NCBI GenBank assembly: GCA_944327845.1
Contig: CALVHN010000002.1
Location: forward strand, 5,326-69,325
Length of the DNA stretch: 64,000 nt
Reading direction: 5' to 3'
Source of the DNA: an uncultured Bacilli bacterium
GTDB taxonomy: Bacteria; Bacillota_I; Bacilli_A; RFN20; CAG-826
Below, piece by piece: positions 1 to 12,282 of the stretch. The position numbers and the translations under genes are program-made. Numbering within the stretch: position 1 is the stretch's first letter; each line of letters starts with the position of its first letter. The notes beneath the pieces were generated by a model that saw only the letters and a program-made list of their open reading frames with translations, searched no databases and had not been told where the DNA came from.

Positions 1-154
1 GGACATTTCTATATAGTTATTAGAAAAGATAAAGGGGCATTGTCTCATATGAAATATCTTTCTTCTTTATACCAAAAAGTAGAGATTATTAATAAAGAAA
101 AAGGATATTTTGTAATATTAGCTATAAAGGAATGAAATAATAAAGGAGTAATTG

Positions 155-3100
155 ATGGAAACATATAAAAACTACCCAATATTGAATAATGGACGTATAA
201 ATTTTTCAAAAATTAGCGGAAATTTAGAAGTCCCTTATCTTGTTGAAATTCAAACCGACTCTTATAAAAGTTTTTTAACAGATGGCATTAAAGAAGCATT
301 AGAAGATGCTTTTCCTATTGCTAATCCAAGTAAAACTTTAACAGTTCATTATGTTAAACATGAATTAGGTAAATGTGAAATTTCACCAACAGAATGTAAA
401 CAAAGAAATTTAACTTATGCAGCACCTTTAACAGTCACATTAAGATTATATGATAGTGCAACACAACAATATACCGAAAGTGACGTATTTATGGGAACTA
501 TTCCACTTATGACAGATAGTGGAACTTTTATCTTTAATGGTTCTGAAAAAGTTATCGTTTCTCAAATTGTTCGTTCTCCAGGTGCTTATTTAAGTAAATC
601 TTTCGATAATCACTTAGGAAAATATTTATATAACGCTGATCTTATTCCAGGAAGAGGAACTTGGTTAGAATTTGAAAATGATTCTAAAAACTTTTTATGG
701 GTAAGAATTGATCGTCAAAGAAAAATCCCAGCTACAGTTATTTTAAAAGCTTTAGGATTTGGAAGCGATGATGATATTTTTGGCTTATTTGGTCATAGAG
801 CTTCTTTAGAGCAAACTCTTATTAAAGACAAAGATATTGATTCTCCAGAGAAAGCTTTAAGAGAAATCTTTAAGAAATTAAAACCAGGCGAACCTTATAC
901 TGAAGAAGGTGGTGTAAAATTCTTAGTTCAAAAATTCTTTGATCAAACTAAATATGATTTAGGAAGAGCAGGAAGATTTAAATATAATGCAAAATTAGGA
1001 ATTTATAATCGTCTTGCTGGTAGAATTCTTGCTGAAAATTTATGCAATGCTGATGGTGAAATTGTTTATGTAAAAGGCACCGAATTAACTAAAGAAATGG
1101 TTGATGATTTAAAAGAACAAGAATTCTTTGAAAAAGGTGCTCATCTTGTTGATTTAAGAAAGAAATGTTTCAAACCTTTATTAAAATCAATTTGTGAAAC
1201 TAACGAAATTGAAGACGATAGTTGCTATGTAAACATGGTTAAAGTTTATGCAACTAACAAGAAAGATGTTGAATCTATTGTTATCGGTACAGATTTAAAT
1301 TCAACTTATTCACGTGTTATTATTTCCGATATTATCGCTGTTTTCTCATACTTTATGAACTTAATGGATGGATTTGGCGATACCGATGATATTGATAACT
1401 TATCAAATAGAAGAATTAAATGTGTTGGCGAACTTATTCAAAATCAATTTAGAATTGGTTTAAGTAAACTTACAAAAAATGCTATTGGTAAGATGTCTAT
1501 TTCTCAAATGGAAAAAGATTCAACATTTAGTGTTAAAAGTTTAATCAATATTAAACCTTTAACTTCCGCAATTAGAGAATTCTTTGCAAGTTCTCAATTA
1601 TCTCAATTTATGGATCAAACTAATCCATTAGCTGAACTTGCTAATAAAAGAAGAATCTCTGCTTTTGGACCTGGTGGTTTAACTCGTGACCGTGCATCTA
1701 TGGAAGTTAGAGATGTCCACTCAACTCACTATGGTCGTATTTGTCCTATTGAAACTCCTGAAGGACAAAACATTGGTTTAATTAATAATCTCGCAACTTA
1801 TGCAAAAGTTGATCAATATGGTTTCATCCAAACTCCTTATCGATTAGTCGATAAAACAACTGGAAAAATTAGCGATGAAGTAGTTTATTTAACTGCTGCT
1901 GATGAAGTAAATCATGTTATTGCTCAAGCTACAAGAGATGATATTAAAGACGGATATTTAAATGGAGATAAAGTTGTTGCAAGATTTAATGGAGAAAATA
2001 TTCTTGCAAATAGAGAAGATGTTGATTTTATCGATGAATCTCCAATGCAAGTAGTTTCTGTTGCTGCTGCTTGTATTCCTTTCCTTGAAAACGATGATAA
2101 TACCCGTGCTTTGATGGGTGCTAACATGCAAAGACAAGCTTTACCTTTATTAAGACCTCATGCACCATATGTTGGTACAGGTCTTGAACATCGTATTGCT
2201 CATGATTGTGGTCTTGCAGTTGTTGCTGTTGAAGATGGTGTTGTAAGTTATGTTGATAGTACTCAAATTAGAATTAAAGAAAGTGAAGGTCAAAGAACAT
2301 ATAAACTTCAAAAATTCGTTGGTTCTAACCAAGGTACTTGTATTAATCAAAGAGCTATTGTTCATAAAGGTGATAAAGTTAAAAAGAACCAAATTATCGC
2401 TGATGGTCCATCAATGGAAAATGGTGATTTAGCTTTAGGACAAAACGTCACTGTTGCTTTTATGACTTGGGATGGTCTTAACTATGAAGACGCTGTTATT
2501 ATGTCTGATCGTTTAGTTAAGGATGATGTTTATACAACAATTCATATTGAATCATATGAAATTGAATGCCGCGATACTAAAAATGGTGTAGAAACTATCA
2601 CTCCAGATGTTCCAAATATTAAAGCTGAACATAAATCACATTTAGATGCTCGTGGTATTGTTGTTCCTGGAACTGATGTTAAAGAAGGAGATATTTTAGT
2701 TGGTAAAGTTACTCCAAAAGGAACAAGTGAACCTACTCCAGATCAAAAATTATTAGATGCAATCTTTGGAGATAAATCTAAAGATGGTAAAGATAGTTCA
2801 TTAAGAGTTCCTCATGGTGGAGCTGGTACAGTTTTATCTGTCCAAATTTTTACAAGAGAAAACGGTGATGAATTACCTGCTGGAGTTAATGAAAAAATTA
2901 AAGTATACATCGTTCAAAAAAGAAAAATCACAGAAGGTGATAAGATGTCAGGAAGACACGGTAATAAAGGTGTTATCTCACGTATTGTCCCAGAATGTGA
3001 TATGCCTTATTTAGAAGATGGTACCCCAGTTGATATTATTCTTAACCCACAAGGTGTCCCTTCCCGTATGAACATCGGACAAATTCTTGAAGTTCATTTA

Positions 3101-3769
3101 GGAATGGCACTTAAAAAACTTGGTGGAGTTAAAATCGCTACTCCAGTCTTTGATGGTATTTCTAATGATGAAATTAATGATTTAATGAAACAAGCTGGAA
3201 TGCCAAAAGATGGAAAATATACATTATATGATGGAAGAACTGGTGAAAAGTTTGATGAAAGAATTAACGTTGGTGTTATGTATATGATTAAACTTGTTCA
3301 CATGGTCGATGATAAGATTCACGCTCGTGCTACTGGACCTTACTCTATGGTTACACAACAACCTTTAGGTGGTAAGGCTCAAAATGGTGGTCAAAGATTT
3401 GGTGAAATGGAGGTTTGGGCACTTGAAGCTTATGGTGCTGCAAATACTTTACAAGAAATGATGACTATTAAGAGTGATGACCGTGTCGGTAGAAAGAAAG
3501 CTTATGAATCTATTATTAAAGGAAAACCTCTCCCTAGACCTTCAATTCCTGAAGCATTTAAAGTTTTCACAAAAGAATTAATGGGTCTTGCACTTGATGT
3601 TGAATTGAGAGATAAAAATGGTAAGTTACTTGATATGGATCAAATTGCTCGCCAAACTAAGAAAGAAGAAGAACGTGCTAATCATGCATTAAGAGATTCT
3701 AATGTTTATGATAACCATGATGATATCTTCTCATTGCTTGGCAACAATGATGGTAACGGGTTGAACTAA
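155..3769 (+). CDS. rpoB: DNA-directed RNA polymerase beta subunit
   Basis: 1204-aa ORF with canonical RpoB blocks (GPGGLTRDRA, NIGLINNLA, GGQRFGEMEVWALEAYGAA). ATG at 155 preferred over TTG at 152 because AAAGGAG RBS lies 7 nt upstream. Confidence 0.97.
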   Translation: METYKNYPILNNGRINFSKISGNLEVPYLVEIQTDSYKSFLTDGIKEALEDAFPIANPSKTLTVHYVKHELGKCEISPTECKQRNLTYAAPLTVTLRLYDSATQQYTESDVFMGTIPLMTDSGTFIFNGSEKVIVSQIVRSPGAYLSKSFDNHLGKYLYNADLIPGRGTWLEFENDSKNFLWVRIDRQRKIPATVILKALGFGSDDDIFGLFGHRASLEQTLIKDKDIDSPEKALREIFKKLKPGEPYTEEGGVKFLVQKFFDQTKYDLGRAGRFKYNAKLGIYNRLAGRILAENLCNADGEIVYVKGTELTKEMVDDLKEQEFFEKGAHLVDLRKKCFKPLLKSICETNEIEDDSCYVNMVKVYATNKKDVESIVIGTDLNSTYSRVIISDIIAVFSYFMNLMDGFGDTDDIDNLSNRRIKCVGELIQNQFRIGLSKLTKNAIGKMSISQMEKDSTFSVKSLINIKPLTSAIREFFASSQLSQFMDQTNPLAELANKRRISAFGPGGLTRDRASMEVRDVHSTHYGRICPIETPEGQNIGLINNLATYAKVDQYGFIQTPYRLVDKTTGKISDEVVYLTAADEVNHVIAQATRDDIKDGYLNGDKVVARFNGENILANREDVDFIDESPMQVVSVAAACIPFLENDDNTRALMGANMQRQALPLLRPHAPYVGTGLEHRIAHDCGLAVVAVEDGVVSYVDSTQIRIKESEGQRTYKLQKFVGSNQGTCINQRAIVHKGDKVKKNQIIADGPSMENGDLALGQNVTVAFMTWDGLNYEDAVIMSDRLVKDDVYTTIHIESYEIECRDTKNGVETITPDVPNIKAEHKSHLDARGIVVPGTDVKEGDILVGKVTPKGTSEPTPDQKLLDAIFGDKSKDGKDSSLRVPHGGAGTVLSVQIFTRENGDELPAGVNEKIKVYIVQKRKITEGDKMSGRHGNKGVISRIVPECDMPYLEDGTPVDIILNPQGVPSRMNIGQILEVHLGMALKKLGGVKIATPVFDGISNDEINDLMKQAGMPKDGKYTLYDGRTGEKFDERINVGVMYMIKLVHMVDDKIHARATGPYSMVTQQPLGGKAQNGGQRFGEMEVWALEAYGAANTLQEMMTIKSDDRVGRKKAYESIIKGKPLPRPSIPEAFKVFTKELMGLALDVELRDKNGKLLDMDQIARQTKKEEERANHALRDSNVYDNHDDIFSLLGNNDGNGLN

Positions 3770-3783
3770 GGAGGGCCTAAATA

Positions 3784-6700
3784 ATGTTTGATGTCAATGA
3801 TTTAGCTAGTATTAAAGTTGGTCTTGCTTCTCCTGAGAAAATTAGATCTTGGTCTCATGGCGAAGTTAAAAAACCTGAAACTATAAATTATCGTTCACAA
3901 AAACCTGAGATGGATGGTTTATTCTGCGAAGCTATTTTTGGACCTTCTAAAGATTACGAATGCCATTGTGGAAAATATAAAAAAGCCCGCTATGCTGGGG
4001 TTGTTTGTGAAAAATGTCATGTTGAAGTTATCTCAAAAGATGTTAGAAGAGAAAGAATGGGACATATTGAACTTGCTTCACCATGTTCTCATATTTGGTA
4101 TTTAAAAGGTATCCCTTCAAGAATGGGATTAGTTTTAGATATCTCCCCAAAACAACTTGAAGATGTAATTTATTTTGCAGCTCATATTTGTTTAGATCCA
4201 GGAACTGCAAAAGGATTACAAGCAAAACAATATATTGATGATCGTGAAGGAAGAAATGCATTTAGCATTGCAATTACTGACATTTTAGAAAAAATGGAAG
4301 ATAAAACATCTTTCGATTATCAAAGAGGACAAGAATTACTTGAAGTTTTAAATGATCCTCATCAAACTTTTGATTACTTTGGTTGTTCAGATTTTATTAC
4401 TGAAAAAACTAACGCTGAATTTGGAGAAGGTGCAGAAGCTATTAAAAAACTTCTTCAAAGAGTTAATTTAAAAGAAGAATTTAACAATGTTAAAGCTGAA
4501 CTTACTAAAGCAAGTGGTCAAAAAGCTACAAAATTATTAAAACGTTTAGAAGTTTTAAATGCTTTTATTGAATCTAATAATCGTCCTGAATGGATGATTT
4601 TAGATGCACTTCCAGTTATACCACCAGATTTAAGACCTATGTTACAACTTGATGGTGGTAGATTTGCTGCTAGTGATTTAAATGATTTATATCGTCGTAT
4701 CATTTCAAGAAATAATCGTTTAAAACACCTTATTGAATTAGATGCACCTACTGTTATTCTTGTTAATGAAAAGAGAATGCTTCAAGAAGCTGTCGATGCT
4801 TTAATTGATAATGGTAGAAGAAATGGAAAACCTGTTACTGGTGCTAGTGGAAGACCTTTAAAATCATTAAGTGGTGCTTTAAAAGGTAAACAAGGTAGAT
4901 TTAGACAAAATCTTTTAGGTAAACGTGTTGACTATTCAGGAAGATCCGTTATTGCTATTGGACCTCAATTAAGAATGTATCAATGTGGTTTACCAAGAGA
5001 AATGGCTATTAATTTATTAAGACCATTTATTGCAGCTATTTTAATTAAAACTGGTAAATGTATGCTTCATAAACAAGCTGATATTAAAATTGATCAAAGA
5101 GATGCTGATGTTTATGATATCGTCGAACAAATTATTTCTGAACACCCAGTATTATTAAACCGTGCTCCTACTCTTCATAGATTAGGTATTCAAGCTTTCC
5201 AACCTGTCCTTGTTGAAGGTAGAGCTATCAGATTACATCCACTTGTTTGTACTGGATTTAATGCTGACTTTGATGGTGACCAAATGGCAGTTCACGTTCC
5301 TCTTGGAAAATATGCTCAAGAAGAAGCAGTTCATTTAATGCTTGCAAGTAATAACATTCTTGCTCCAAAAGATGGAAAACCTATTGTTACTCCTGGCCAA
5401 GATATCTTAATTGGTAACTACTATTTAACAATGGAAGCTACTAAAGATGAATTTATTGCTTTAGCTAATAAATTTAAAGAAGCAGGTGATATTGAAAAAG
5501 CTAATCAATATATTGAATTCTCTAAATTAGAAGGTAAAGTTTTTAAAGATATGGATGAAGTCGTTAAAGCTTATGAAATGGGCAAAATTCATCTTCATAC
5601 ACGTATTGCTTTACGTGGATCAAGCATGAAAAAAGTTAATTTTACTGAACAAATGATGAATTCTTACTTAATTACAACAGTTGGTAAAGTAATATTTAAC
5701 TTCGCTTTCCCTAATGATTTCCCATATATTAACTCAAATAAGAGTGAAAATTTAACTTCAAATTTAATGGAATATTTTGTTCCAAAAGGAACAGATATTG
5801 TTTCTTACATTGAAAAACTTCCAGTAAGAGATGCAATCGTTAAAAAGAATATTACATCAATTATTGACCAAGTTTATCATAAATATGGAACATTAAAGAC
5901 AAGCGCTATACTTGATAAAATTAAAGATCAAGGTTATAAATATGCAACAATTTCTGGTTTAACTGTTGCTATTAGTGATATTAACGTTATTAAAAATAAA
6001 GATGAATTACTTCATGGTGCTGATGAAAAAGTCGAAGAAATCAATAACTTATTTGATGAAGGTTTCTTAACTGATGAAGAAAGACATAAACAAGTCGTTA
6101 AGATTTGGAACGATGTTACAGATAACGTTAAAAATGAAGTTAAAACTGAACTAGATCATCAAAATAGAAATCCACTTTATATCATGTGGCACTCTGGAGC
6201 TAGAGGAAGTGACTCTAACTTCTTACAACTTATGGGAATGAGAGGCTTAATGGCTTCTACTAGCGGTGATACAATTGAAATTCCTGTTAAATCTTGTTTT
6301 AGAGAAGGTTTGAATATTTCCGAATTCTTTACTGGTACCCATGGTGCTAGAAAAGGTGGTGCTGATACCGCTTTAAAAACTGCTGACTCAGGTTACTTAA
6401 CAAGAAGACTCGTTGATGTTTCTCAAGACGTCATTGTTAGAGAAATTGATTGTCATACAGATCATGGTACTGTCGTTTCTGATATTATCGATACTGCTAG
6501 AGATCAAGTCATCGTCCACTTAAAAGATCGTTTAATTGGTAGATTCTCTTGCCACAATGTAGTAGATCCTAATAGTGGAGAAGTTTTAGTTGATGCAAAC
6601 ACAATGATTGATGAAGATACTGCTCAAAGAATCGTTGATGCTGGTATTAAAGAAGTTGAAATCAGATCATTATTTGGTTGTGAAACTAAAGATGGTGTTT

Positions 6701-7743
6701 GTGCCCATTGTTATGGTAGAAACCTTGCTACTGGTGAAATTGTTCAAATTGGCGAAGCTGTTGGTATTATGGCTGCTCAATCAATTGGTGAACCTGGTAC
6801 CCAATTAACTATGAGAACTTTCCACTCTGGCGGTGTTGCTACTAGTGACGATATTACTCAAGGTTTACCTCGTGTCCAAGAATTATTTGAAGCTCGTAAT
6901 CCAAAAGGTGAAGCTTTAATTACTCAAATTTCTGGTGAAGTTGCTAATATTGAAGATAAGGGTGGATATTACTCTGTAACAATTACTAATGACTTAGAAG
7001 CAAAAACATATGATACAACATATGGTGCTCATTTAAGAGTTAAAAAAGGTGATAAAGTTACCAATGGTGATAAAATTACTGAAGGTGCTATTTCGCCTAA
7101 GAAATTACTTGAATGTAGCGATGTTACTACAGTTGAAAAATATATTGTTAAAGAAGTTCAAAAGATTTATCAAGGACAAGGTATTGCAATTTCTGATAAA
7201 CATATTGAAGTTATCACACGTCAAATGCTTAGAAAAGTTGTCATTGTCGATGGTGGTGATACACCTTTAATTCCTGGTACAAGAATCGATGTTGTTGACT
7301 TTACTGAAAAGAATAAAGAAGCATTAATTTATGGTAAAAAACCTGCAGTTGGTCGCCCATTAATCTTAGGTATTACTAAGGCTGCTCTTGAAACTTCATC
7401 CTTCTTATCAGCTGCATCCTTCCAAGAAACAACACGTGTCTTAACCGATGCTGCTATTAAAGGAAAACTTGATCCATTGCATGGTTTAAAAGAAAACGTT
7501 ATAACTGGTAAATTAATTCCAGCTGGTCGTGGTTTATTAACTCCTCAAGAAAGAAAGAACTTAATTAGTAATTTCTCAGTCAAAGAAAGTATGAAAGAAG
7601 TTGAAGAAAAATATGTTGGAGTTCATGATCAACCTCAAGTTGATGAAACTTACGATGAATCTTTAGCGGAAATGGAATCTCTTGATATGGAAGGCGAAGA
7701 AGTTAATCATACTTCATTGCTTGGTGAAGACCATTTCAATTAA
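3784..7743 (+). CDS. rpoC: DNA-directed RNA polymerase beta-prime subunit
   Basis: 1319-aa ORF with Zn-finger [19 protein letters not shown] and the catalytic [14 protein letters not shown] motif. GGAGGG RBS upstream. Confidence 0.97.
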   Translation: MFDVNDLASIKVGLASPEKIRSWSHGEVKKPETINYRSQKPEMDGLFCEAIFGPSKDYECHCGKYKKARYAGVVCEKCHVEVISKDVRRERMGHIELASPCSHIWYLKGIPSRMGLVLDISPKQLEDVIYFAAHICLDPGTAKGLQAKQYIDDREGRNAFSIAITDILEKMEDKTSFDYQRGQELLEVLNDPHQTFDYFGCSDFITEKTNAEFGEGAEAIKKLLQRVNLKEEFNNVKAELTKASGQKATKLLKRLEVLNAFIESNNRPEWMILDALPVIPPDLRPMLQLDGGRFAASDLNDLYRRIISRNNRLKHLIELDAPTVILVNEKRMLQEAVDALIDNGRRNGKPVTGASGRPLKSLSGALKGKQGRFRQNLLGKRVDYSGRSVIAIGPQLRMYQCGLPREMAINLLRPFIAAILIKTGKCMLHKQADIKIDQRDADVYDIVEQIISEHPVLLNRAPTLHRLGIQAFQPVLVEGRAIRLHPLVCTGFNADFDGDQMAVHVPLGKYAQEEAVHLMLASNNILAPKDGKPIVTPGQDILIGNYYLTMEATKDEFIALANKFKEAGDIEKANQYIEFSKLEGKVFKDMDEVVKAYEMGKIHLHTRIALRGSSMKKVNFTEQMMNSYLITTVGKVIFNFAFPNDFPYINSNKSENLTSNLMEYFVPKGTDIVSYIEKLPVRDAIVKKNITSIIDQVYHKYGTLKTSAILDKIKDQGYKYATISGLTVAISDINVIKNKDELLHGADEKVEEINNLFDEGFLTDEERHKQVVKIWNDVTDNVKNEVKTELDHQNRNPLYIMWHSGARGSDSNFLQLMGMRGLMASTSGDTIEIPVKSCFREGLNISEFFTGTHGARKGGADTALKTADSGYLTRRLVDVSQDVIVREIDCHTDHGTVVSDIIDTARDQVIVHLKDRLIGRFSCHNVVDPNSGEVLVDANTMIDEDTAQRIVDAGIKEVEIRSLFGCETKDGVCAHCYGRNLATGEIVQIGEAVGIMAAQSIGEPGTQLTMRTFHSGGVATSDDITQGLPRVQELFEARNPKGEALITQISGEVANIEDKGGYYSVTITNDLEAKTYDTTYGAHLRVKKGDKVTNGDKITEGAISPKKLLECSDVTTVEKYIVKEVQKIYQGQGIAISDKHIEVITRQMLRKVVIVDGGDTPLIPGTRIDVVDFTEKNKEALIYGKKPAVGRPLILGITKAALETSSFLSAASFQETTRVLTDAAIKGKLDPLHGLKENVITGKLIPAGRGLLTPQERKNLISNFSVKESMKEVEEKYVGVHDQPQVDETYDESLAEMESLDMEGEEVNHTSLLGEDHFN

Positions 7744-7773
7744 ACCTTTAATTTAATATAATTTAACTTTCTA

Positions 7774-7807
7774 AAAAGAGGCAAAATTTGCCTCTTTTTT
7801 GTTTTTT
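7774..7807 (+). terminator. rho-independent terminator after rpoC
   Basis: Hairpin GAGGCA-aaatt-TGCCTC followed by a T-run (ttttttgtttttt). Confidence 0.75.
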
Positions 7808-7874
7808 AAACTGTTTTTGCAAGGTTTTTACAAAAAATAGAATAATTTAATATTAAAGATGATATAATAAAAAC

Positions 7875-8945
7875 ATGAAATTTATTCATACAGCTGATCT
7901 ACATATTGGAAGTAAAATTAATGTAAGAATTAATAATTTATCCTCGACTATTATTCAACGAGTCAATAATTCTTTAGATGAATTATCTCAATATGCTAAG
8001 AATAACGATATTGAAGTAATAGTAATTGCTGGAGATCTTTTTGATTCAAAAAATATGAGTATAAGTATTATTAATTCTATTTTAAATACGATTAATAATT
8101 ATCCAAATATCTATTATCTATATGCTTTAGGAAATCACGATAAGGTTAATTTTTTATCTAATTTTGAATTACCTAAAAATTTAATTATTTTTAATAAAGA
8201 TTATGAAATGATTACAATTCACGATGTCAATTTTATTGGTGTTAATTTTTATAATGATTCAGTTTTAGATAAATATAAAAATATTCCTTGTTTAGATAGT
8301 GATAAGAAAAATGTATTAATTATACATGGCGAAATTTATAGTGGTGATAAAATCGATGCAAAGAAAATTAATTTAAAGAAATTTATCGATAAAAATATAA
8401 ATTATTTAGCTTTAGGACATATTCATATGAACTCAGTTAATATTCTTGATGGTAATGGAGTTTATGTTTATCCAGGCTGTTTATTTGCTCGAGGATTTGA
8501 CGAATTAGACAAGAAAGGATTTTATCTTGTTGATAGTTTAAATTTGTTACATCCTACATTTATTACAAATGATTTTTTAAGACCTATTTCTTTTTATAAA
8601 CTTGACATTGACATCTCAAAAGCAAAAAATAATCAAGAAATCATAGGGTTAATTAAAGATAAGACAAAAACTTTAGGAACAAATTTGGCTTTATCTATTA
8701 CTTTAATTGGTGAATATAGTGAAGAAGTAAATAAAGATATAAATTATATTTTGGATTATTTAAAAGATGATTATTTATATCTTGAATTAAAAGACGAATC
8801 GGTTTTAAAGTTTAATATAGATAAGCTAAAAGATGAATTTTCTTTAAAAGGAGAATTTATTCGTAAAGTTTTCGAAGAAGAAAATGATGTTAATGAGCGC
8901 AATAAGATAATTGAAATTGCATTAAAGGAGTTTAAGAATCGATGA
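7875..8945 (+). CDS. metallophosphoesterase DNA-repair exonuclease, SbcD/YhaO-like
   Basis: N-terminal FIHTADLHIGS plus GDLFD and GNHD calcineurin-like phosphoesterase motifs. Overlaps the downstream ATPase gene (ATGA). Confidence 0.8.
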   Translation: MKFIHTADLHIGSKINVRINNLSSTIIQRVNNSLDELSQYAKNNDIEVIVIAGDLFDSKNMSISIINSILNTINNYPNIYYLYALGNHDKVNFLSNFELPKNLIIFNKDYEMITIHDVNFIGVNFYNDSVLDKYKNIPCLDSDKKNVLIIHGEIYSGDKIDAKKINLKKFIDKNINYLALGHIHMNSVNILDGNGVYVYPGCLFARGFDELDKKGFYLVDSLNLLHPTFITNDFLRPISFYKLDIDISKAKNNQEIIGLIKDKTKTLGTNLALSITLIGEYSEEVNKDINYILDYLKDDYLYLELKDESVLKFNIDKLKDEFSLKGEFIRKVFEEENDVNERNKIIEIALKEFKNR

Positions 8946-11158
8946 AAATTCTTTCTTTAAAAATAAATAATTTTGGAAAATTTAGCGGTTTTGCAAGGAA
9001 TTTTAATGAAAACGAGGCAATTTCTGAATTTTTATACCCTAATGGATATGGTAAAACAACTATTACAACTTTTTTATTAGGATGTTTTTATACTCTTGAT
9101 AAGGATCTTAAGACTAAATATGTTTCATGGATTAATCCTAATGGAGAATACAGTGGTTCTTTAAAAATTTCTTTTAATAATGAAGAATATTTATTAGAGA
9201 GAAATTTTAAAGATAATTCTGTAATATTAAAAAATTTAACTAAAAACAAAATCGTAGATTTAAATGGTAAAGAACCTGGTGAATATTTCTTTCATGGAGA
9301 AAATAAAGGAACATTTTTAAAAACTTTATTGATAACACAAGAAACTTTTAATCAAAAAGCAACATCAAATCTCAATATTCATGATTTACTGAATTCTAAA
9401 ATTAATGGTGTTTTTGATAGTTTAGAATATGATAATGTTAAAGCATCCTTAGAAGAAAAGGTAAATAACATTTCTTCAAATAGAAAGAAAGTTTCAATTA
9501 TTAAACAAATAAGTAATGAAATAGAGGATAATAATAAAAAAATAGAGTCATTAAGAAAACTAATTTTTGAGAAGAATAATATATATAATGAAGACAAATA
9601 TAAAGAATATTTAGAAAAAGAAAAATCTTTAAAACTAGCCCAAGAAAAAGCACTAGAAAAACAAAAAGAATTGAATGTTTTAATTTCTCTTGAAGAAAAG
9701 AATAATAATTTACAGTTAAATTTAGAAAATCTAAATAATGAGCTCAAAAATTTAAATGAAACCATTATTTTAGAAAATTTTGATGAACTTAAAAACCTTG
9801 TTTCTGATTTTGATAGTTATAAAGAAGAGTACAATTTTTTAAAAAGTAAGCTTCAATCAGATAAACTTGAATTAAATGATTATCAAAAATATCAAAATGT
9901 ATCAGGTGATGAAATAAAAACAGTTTCCTTAGAAATTAATAATTTAAATAACAGAGAACAAAATAAACATAATAAAGAAAATAGATTTAAATTATTATAT
10001 CTGTGGTTTATTCCAATATTAGTTTTTCTTATTGGTGGAATTTCTTCACTAATTGTTTTAGAAAATAAAATTTATATTGGAATTATCTTATTAGTTTTAG
10101 GAGCAATATCGATTTTAGGTTTTATTTTTAATTATTTATTATTAAAGAAAAATAGTAAAAAAATAGAAAAAAAGTTTGATTTAGAAGGGTTTTTTAATAA
10201 ATTAGGCTTAAATGGAAACTTTAACGACTGTTTAGAAAATGTTATAACTGGTAGAAAAAATTATGAAAAACTTTTAATTTTAATAAAAGATAGTGAGAAA
10301 AAATTAATTGAACATGAGAATGAATTAGAATTAAAAAAGAATAAAATAATTAACTTATTTATCAAATCTTATAAAAAGTTTGATAATTCAATTAGTTTTC
10401 ATGAGAATTTATTTTCTTATAGTAATCTTATTAATAATAGAAATGTTCTTTCTAATAAAATTGATAAAGCAAAAAAAGAATACGACAATTTTTTAGAAGA
10501 AAATAAATTAAATTTAGATAAAGTTAATTTAATTAAAGAAGAATTAAAAGAATATGAATCTTTAGAAACAGAAAATTTAGACGAATTACACCGAAAAATA
10601 ATTGAACAAGAAAAAGCATATGATTCAATTATTAATTCAGAAAATGAAATTGAAGAATTAGAACAAAAAAATGAAAAATTAAAAGAAGATTTTAAAAAAT
10701 ATAAAGAAAAGGCTAATCTTTATAAAAAAGCAATTAATTACTTAGAACAAGCATATTCTAAATTAAAAAGTTTATATATTAGTCCTTTAAAAGATAAGCT
10801 TGATAATTATTTAAAAGCTTCTAACTTTGATGCTTTTAAAGATTATGAGATTAATATTAATAATAAAAATAAAGATACAAGGATTTTTTCACTTTCTTAT
10901 AATTTAGATAATTCAAATTTAAAACCAGATGAAAAAACTTTATCAAAAGGATATAGCGATTTCTTAGATGTTTTAATTCGTATTACATTAATTGATTTAA
11001 TATATAAAGATGAAGAAAATGTGATTTTAATTTTAGATGATCCATTTGTAAATATGGATGAAATAAGGTTCAATAATATGAAAAAACTATTGAATTCCTT
11101 ATCCGATCGTTTTCAAATCTTATATTTCACTTGTCATAAATCTCGTTCTTTAAAGTAA
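8942..11158 (+). CDS. SbcC/YhaN-like AAA ATPase with long coiled coil and internal TM segment
   Basis: P-loop NGYGKTT near N-terminus, a long K/E-rich coiled-coil middle, a hydrophobic stretch (LYLWFIPILVFLIGG...) and a C-terminal LILDDPFVNMD D-loop. Paired with the upstream nuclease, as yhaO-yhaN are in Bacillus. Confidence 0.75.
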   Translation: MKILSLKINNFGKFSGFARNFNENEAISEFLYPNGYGKTTITTFLLGCFYTLDKDLKTKYVSWINPNGEYSGSLKISFNNEEYLLERNFKDNSVILKNLTKNKIVDLNGKEPGEYFFHGENKGTFLKTLLITQETFNQKATSNLNIHDLLNSKINGVFDSLEYDNVKASLEEKVNNISSNRKKVSIIKQISNEIEDNNKKIESLRKLIFEKNNIYNEDKYKEYLEKEKSLKLAQEKALEKQKELNVLISLEEKNNNLQLNLENLNNELKNLNETIILENFDELKNLVSDFDSYKEEYNFLKSKLQSDKLELNDYQKYQNVSGDEIKTVSLEINNLNNREQNKHNKENRFKLLYLWFIPILVFLIGGISSLIVLENKIYIGIILLVLGAISILGFIFNYLLLKKNSKKIEKKFDLEGFFNKLGLNGNFNDCLENVITGRKNYEKLLILIKDSEKKLIEHENELELKKNKIINLFIKSYKKFDNSISFHENLFSYSNLINNRNVLSNKIDKAKKEYDNFLEENKLNLDKVNLIKEELKEYESLETENLDELHRKIIEQEKAYDSIINSENEIEELEQKNEKLKEDFKKYKEKANLYKKAINYLEQAYSKLKSLYISPLKDKLDNYLKASNFDAFKDYEININNKNKDTRIFSLSYNLDNSNLKPDEKTLSKGYSDFLDVLIRITLIDLIYKDEENVILILDDPFVNMDEIRFNNMKKLLNSLSDRFQILYFTCHKSRSLK

Positions 11159-11234
11159 TTTATAGCTAAAATTTATAGTATATATAAGTGTCAACTATTT
11201 ACAGTTTTTTAAAAATTAATTTAAAATTATTTTT

Positions 11235-12095
11235 ATGAAGAAAATTAGTTTTGAAAAGATTATTGATAAAACATTTCCTAATGAAAGGGATTTATACAAT
11301 CACCATGATTTATATTTAGAAAATGTAAGATTTAGTGGTGTAGAAGATGGAGAATCGGCTTTAAAAGAATCATCAAATCTTGTAATTAAAAAATGTTTTT
11401 TTGATTTAAGATATCCTTTATGGCATGTAGATAATGCAAGTATTAGTGATTCTGTATTTACTGAAAATTCTCGAGCTGCAATATGGTATTCAAATAATAT
11501 TTTTATAAGTAATTCTAAAATGTATGGAATTAAAGCTTTAAGAGAATGTAAAAAAGTTACTTTATTAGATGTTGATGTTAAATCTCCAGAGTTTTTGTGG
11601 AAATCTTATAATATCGTTGGTAATAATTTAAATGTTGAAAGTGAATACTTTTTACTTGAATCAAATTATATCAGCTTAACTAATCTTAATTTTAAAGGTA
11701 AATATTCTTTTCAATATACGAAAAACCTTATGATTTCTAACTCGAATTTGGATACAAAGGATTGTTTTTGGCATTCTGAAAATGTTGTAATTCGAAATTC
11801 TATTGTTAAAGGAGAATATCTTGCTTGGTATTCTAAGAATTTAACTTTTATTAATTGTGAAATCATTGGAACTCAACCATTTTGTTATGCTAAAAATTTA
11901 AAATTAATTAATTGTACGATGAAAGATTGTGATTTATCTTTCGAATATAGCAAAAATATAAAGGCAGATATAAATTCAAATATTACCTCAATTAAGAATC
12001 CAATTAGTGGTGAAATTAGAGCCAAAAAGATTGATAAAATAATTTTAACTAACGATTCTAAATATCCTTGTAAGTGCAAAATTATTGAAAAATAA
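11235..12095 (+). CDS. hypothetical protein with parallel beta-helix-like NxS/NxC repeat pattern
   Basis: 286-aa ORF. Repeated short motifs (WYSNNIFISNS, LMISNSNL, VVIRNSIV, LTFINCEI, LKLINCTM) every 20-25 aa. Confidence 0.5.
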   Translation: MKKISFEKIIDKTFPNERDLYNHHDLYLENVRFSGVEDGESALKESSNLVIKKCFFDLRYPLWHVDNASISDSVFTENSRAAIWYSNNIFISNSKMYGIKALRECKKVTLLDVDVKSPEFLWKSYNIVGNNLNVESEYFLLESNYISLTNLNFKGKYSFQYTKNLMISNSNLDTKDCFWHSENVVIRNSIVKGEYLAWYSKNLTFINCEIIGTQPFCYAKNLKLINCTMKDCDLSFEYSKNIKADINSNITSIKNPISGEIRAKKIDKIILTNDSKYPCKCKIIEK

Positions 12096-12282
12096 TAAGG
12101 TTTTGCAATGGTTTTTAAAAAATAAAGAAAAATACATAATAATCCTTTAGATTTGCAATGTTTTTAAATTATTTGCTAATCTTTGATTAAATTTTAATTA
12201 TCTTCCTTCTACTAAAATTAGATTTAAAAATATATTGAATTTTATTATATTTGGTTTGCCTTAAATGGAGGACTGATTTCAT

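Noticed and set aside
1924-3014. Small ORFs (60-80 aa) inside or antisense to rpoB and rpoC: 1924-2127(-), 2150-2392(-), 2250-2432, 2814-3014, 3914-4703, 6608-7270.
   Set aside because: They lie within well-conserved RNA polymerase coding sequence in other frames, are low-complexity and lack an RBS. They are spurious six-frame artefacts.
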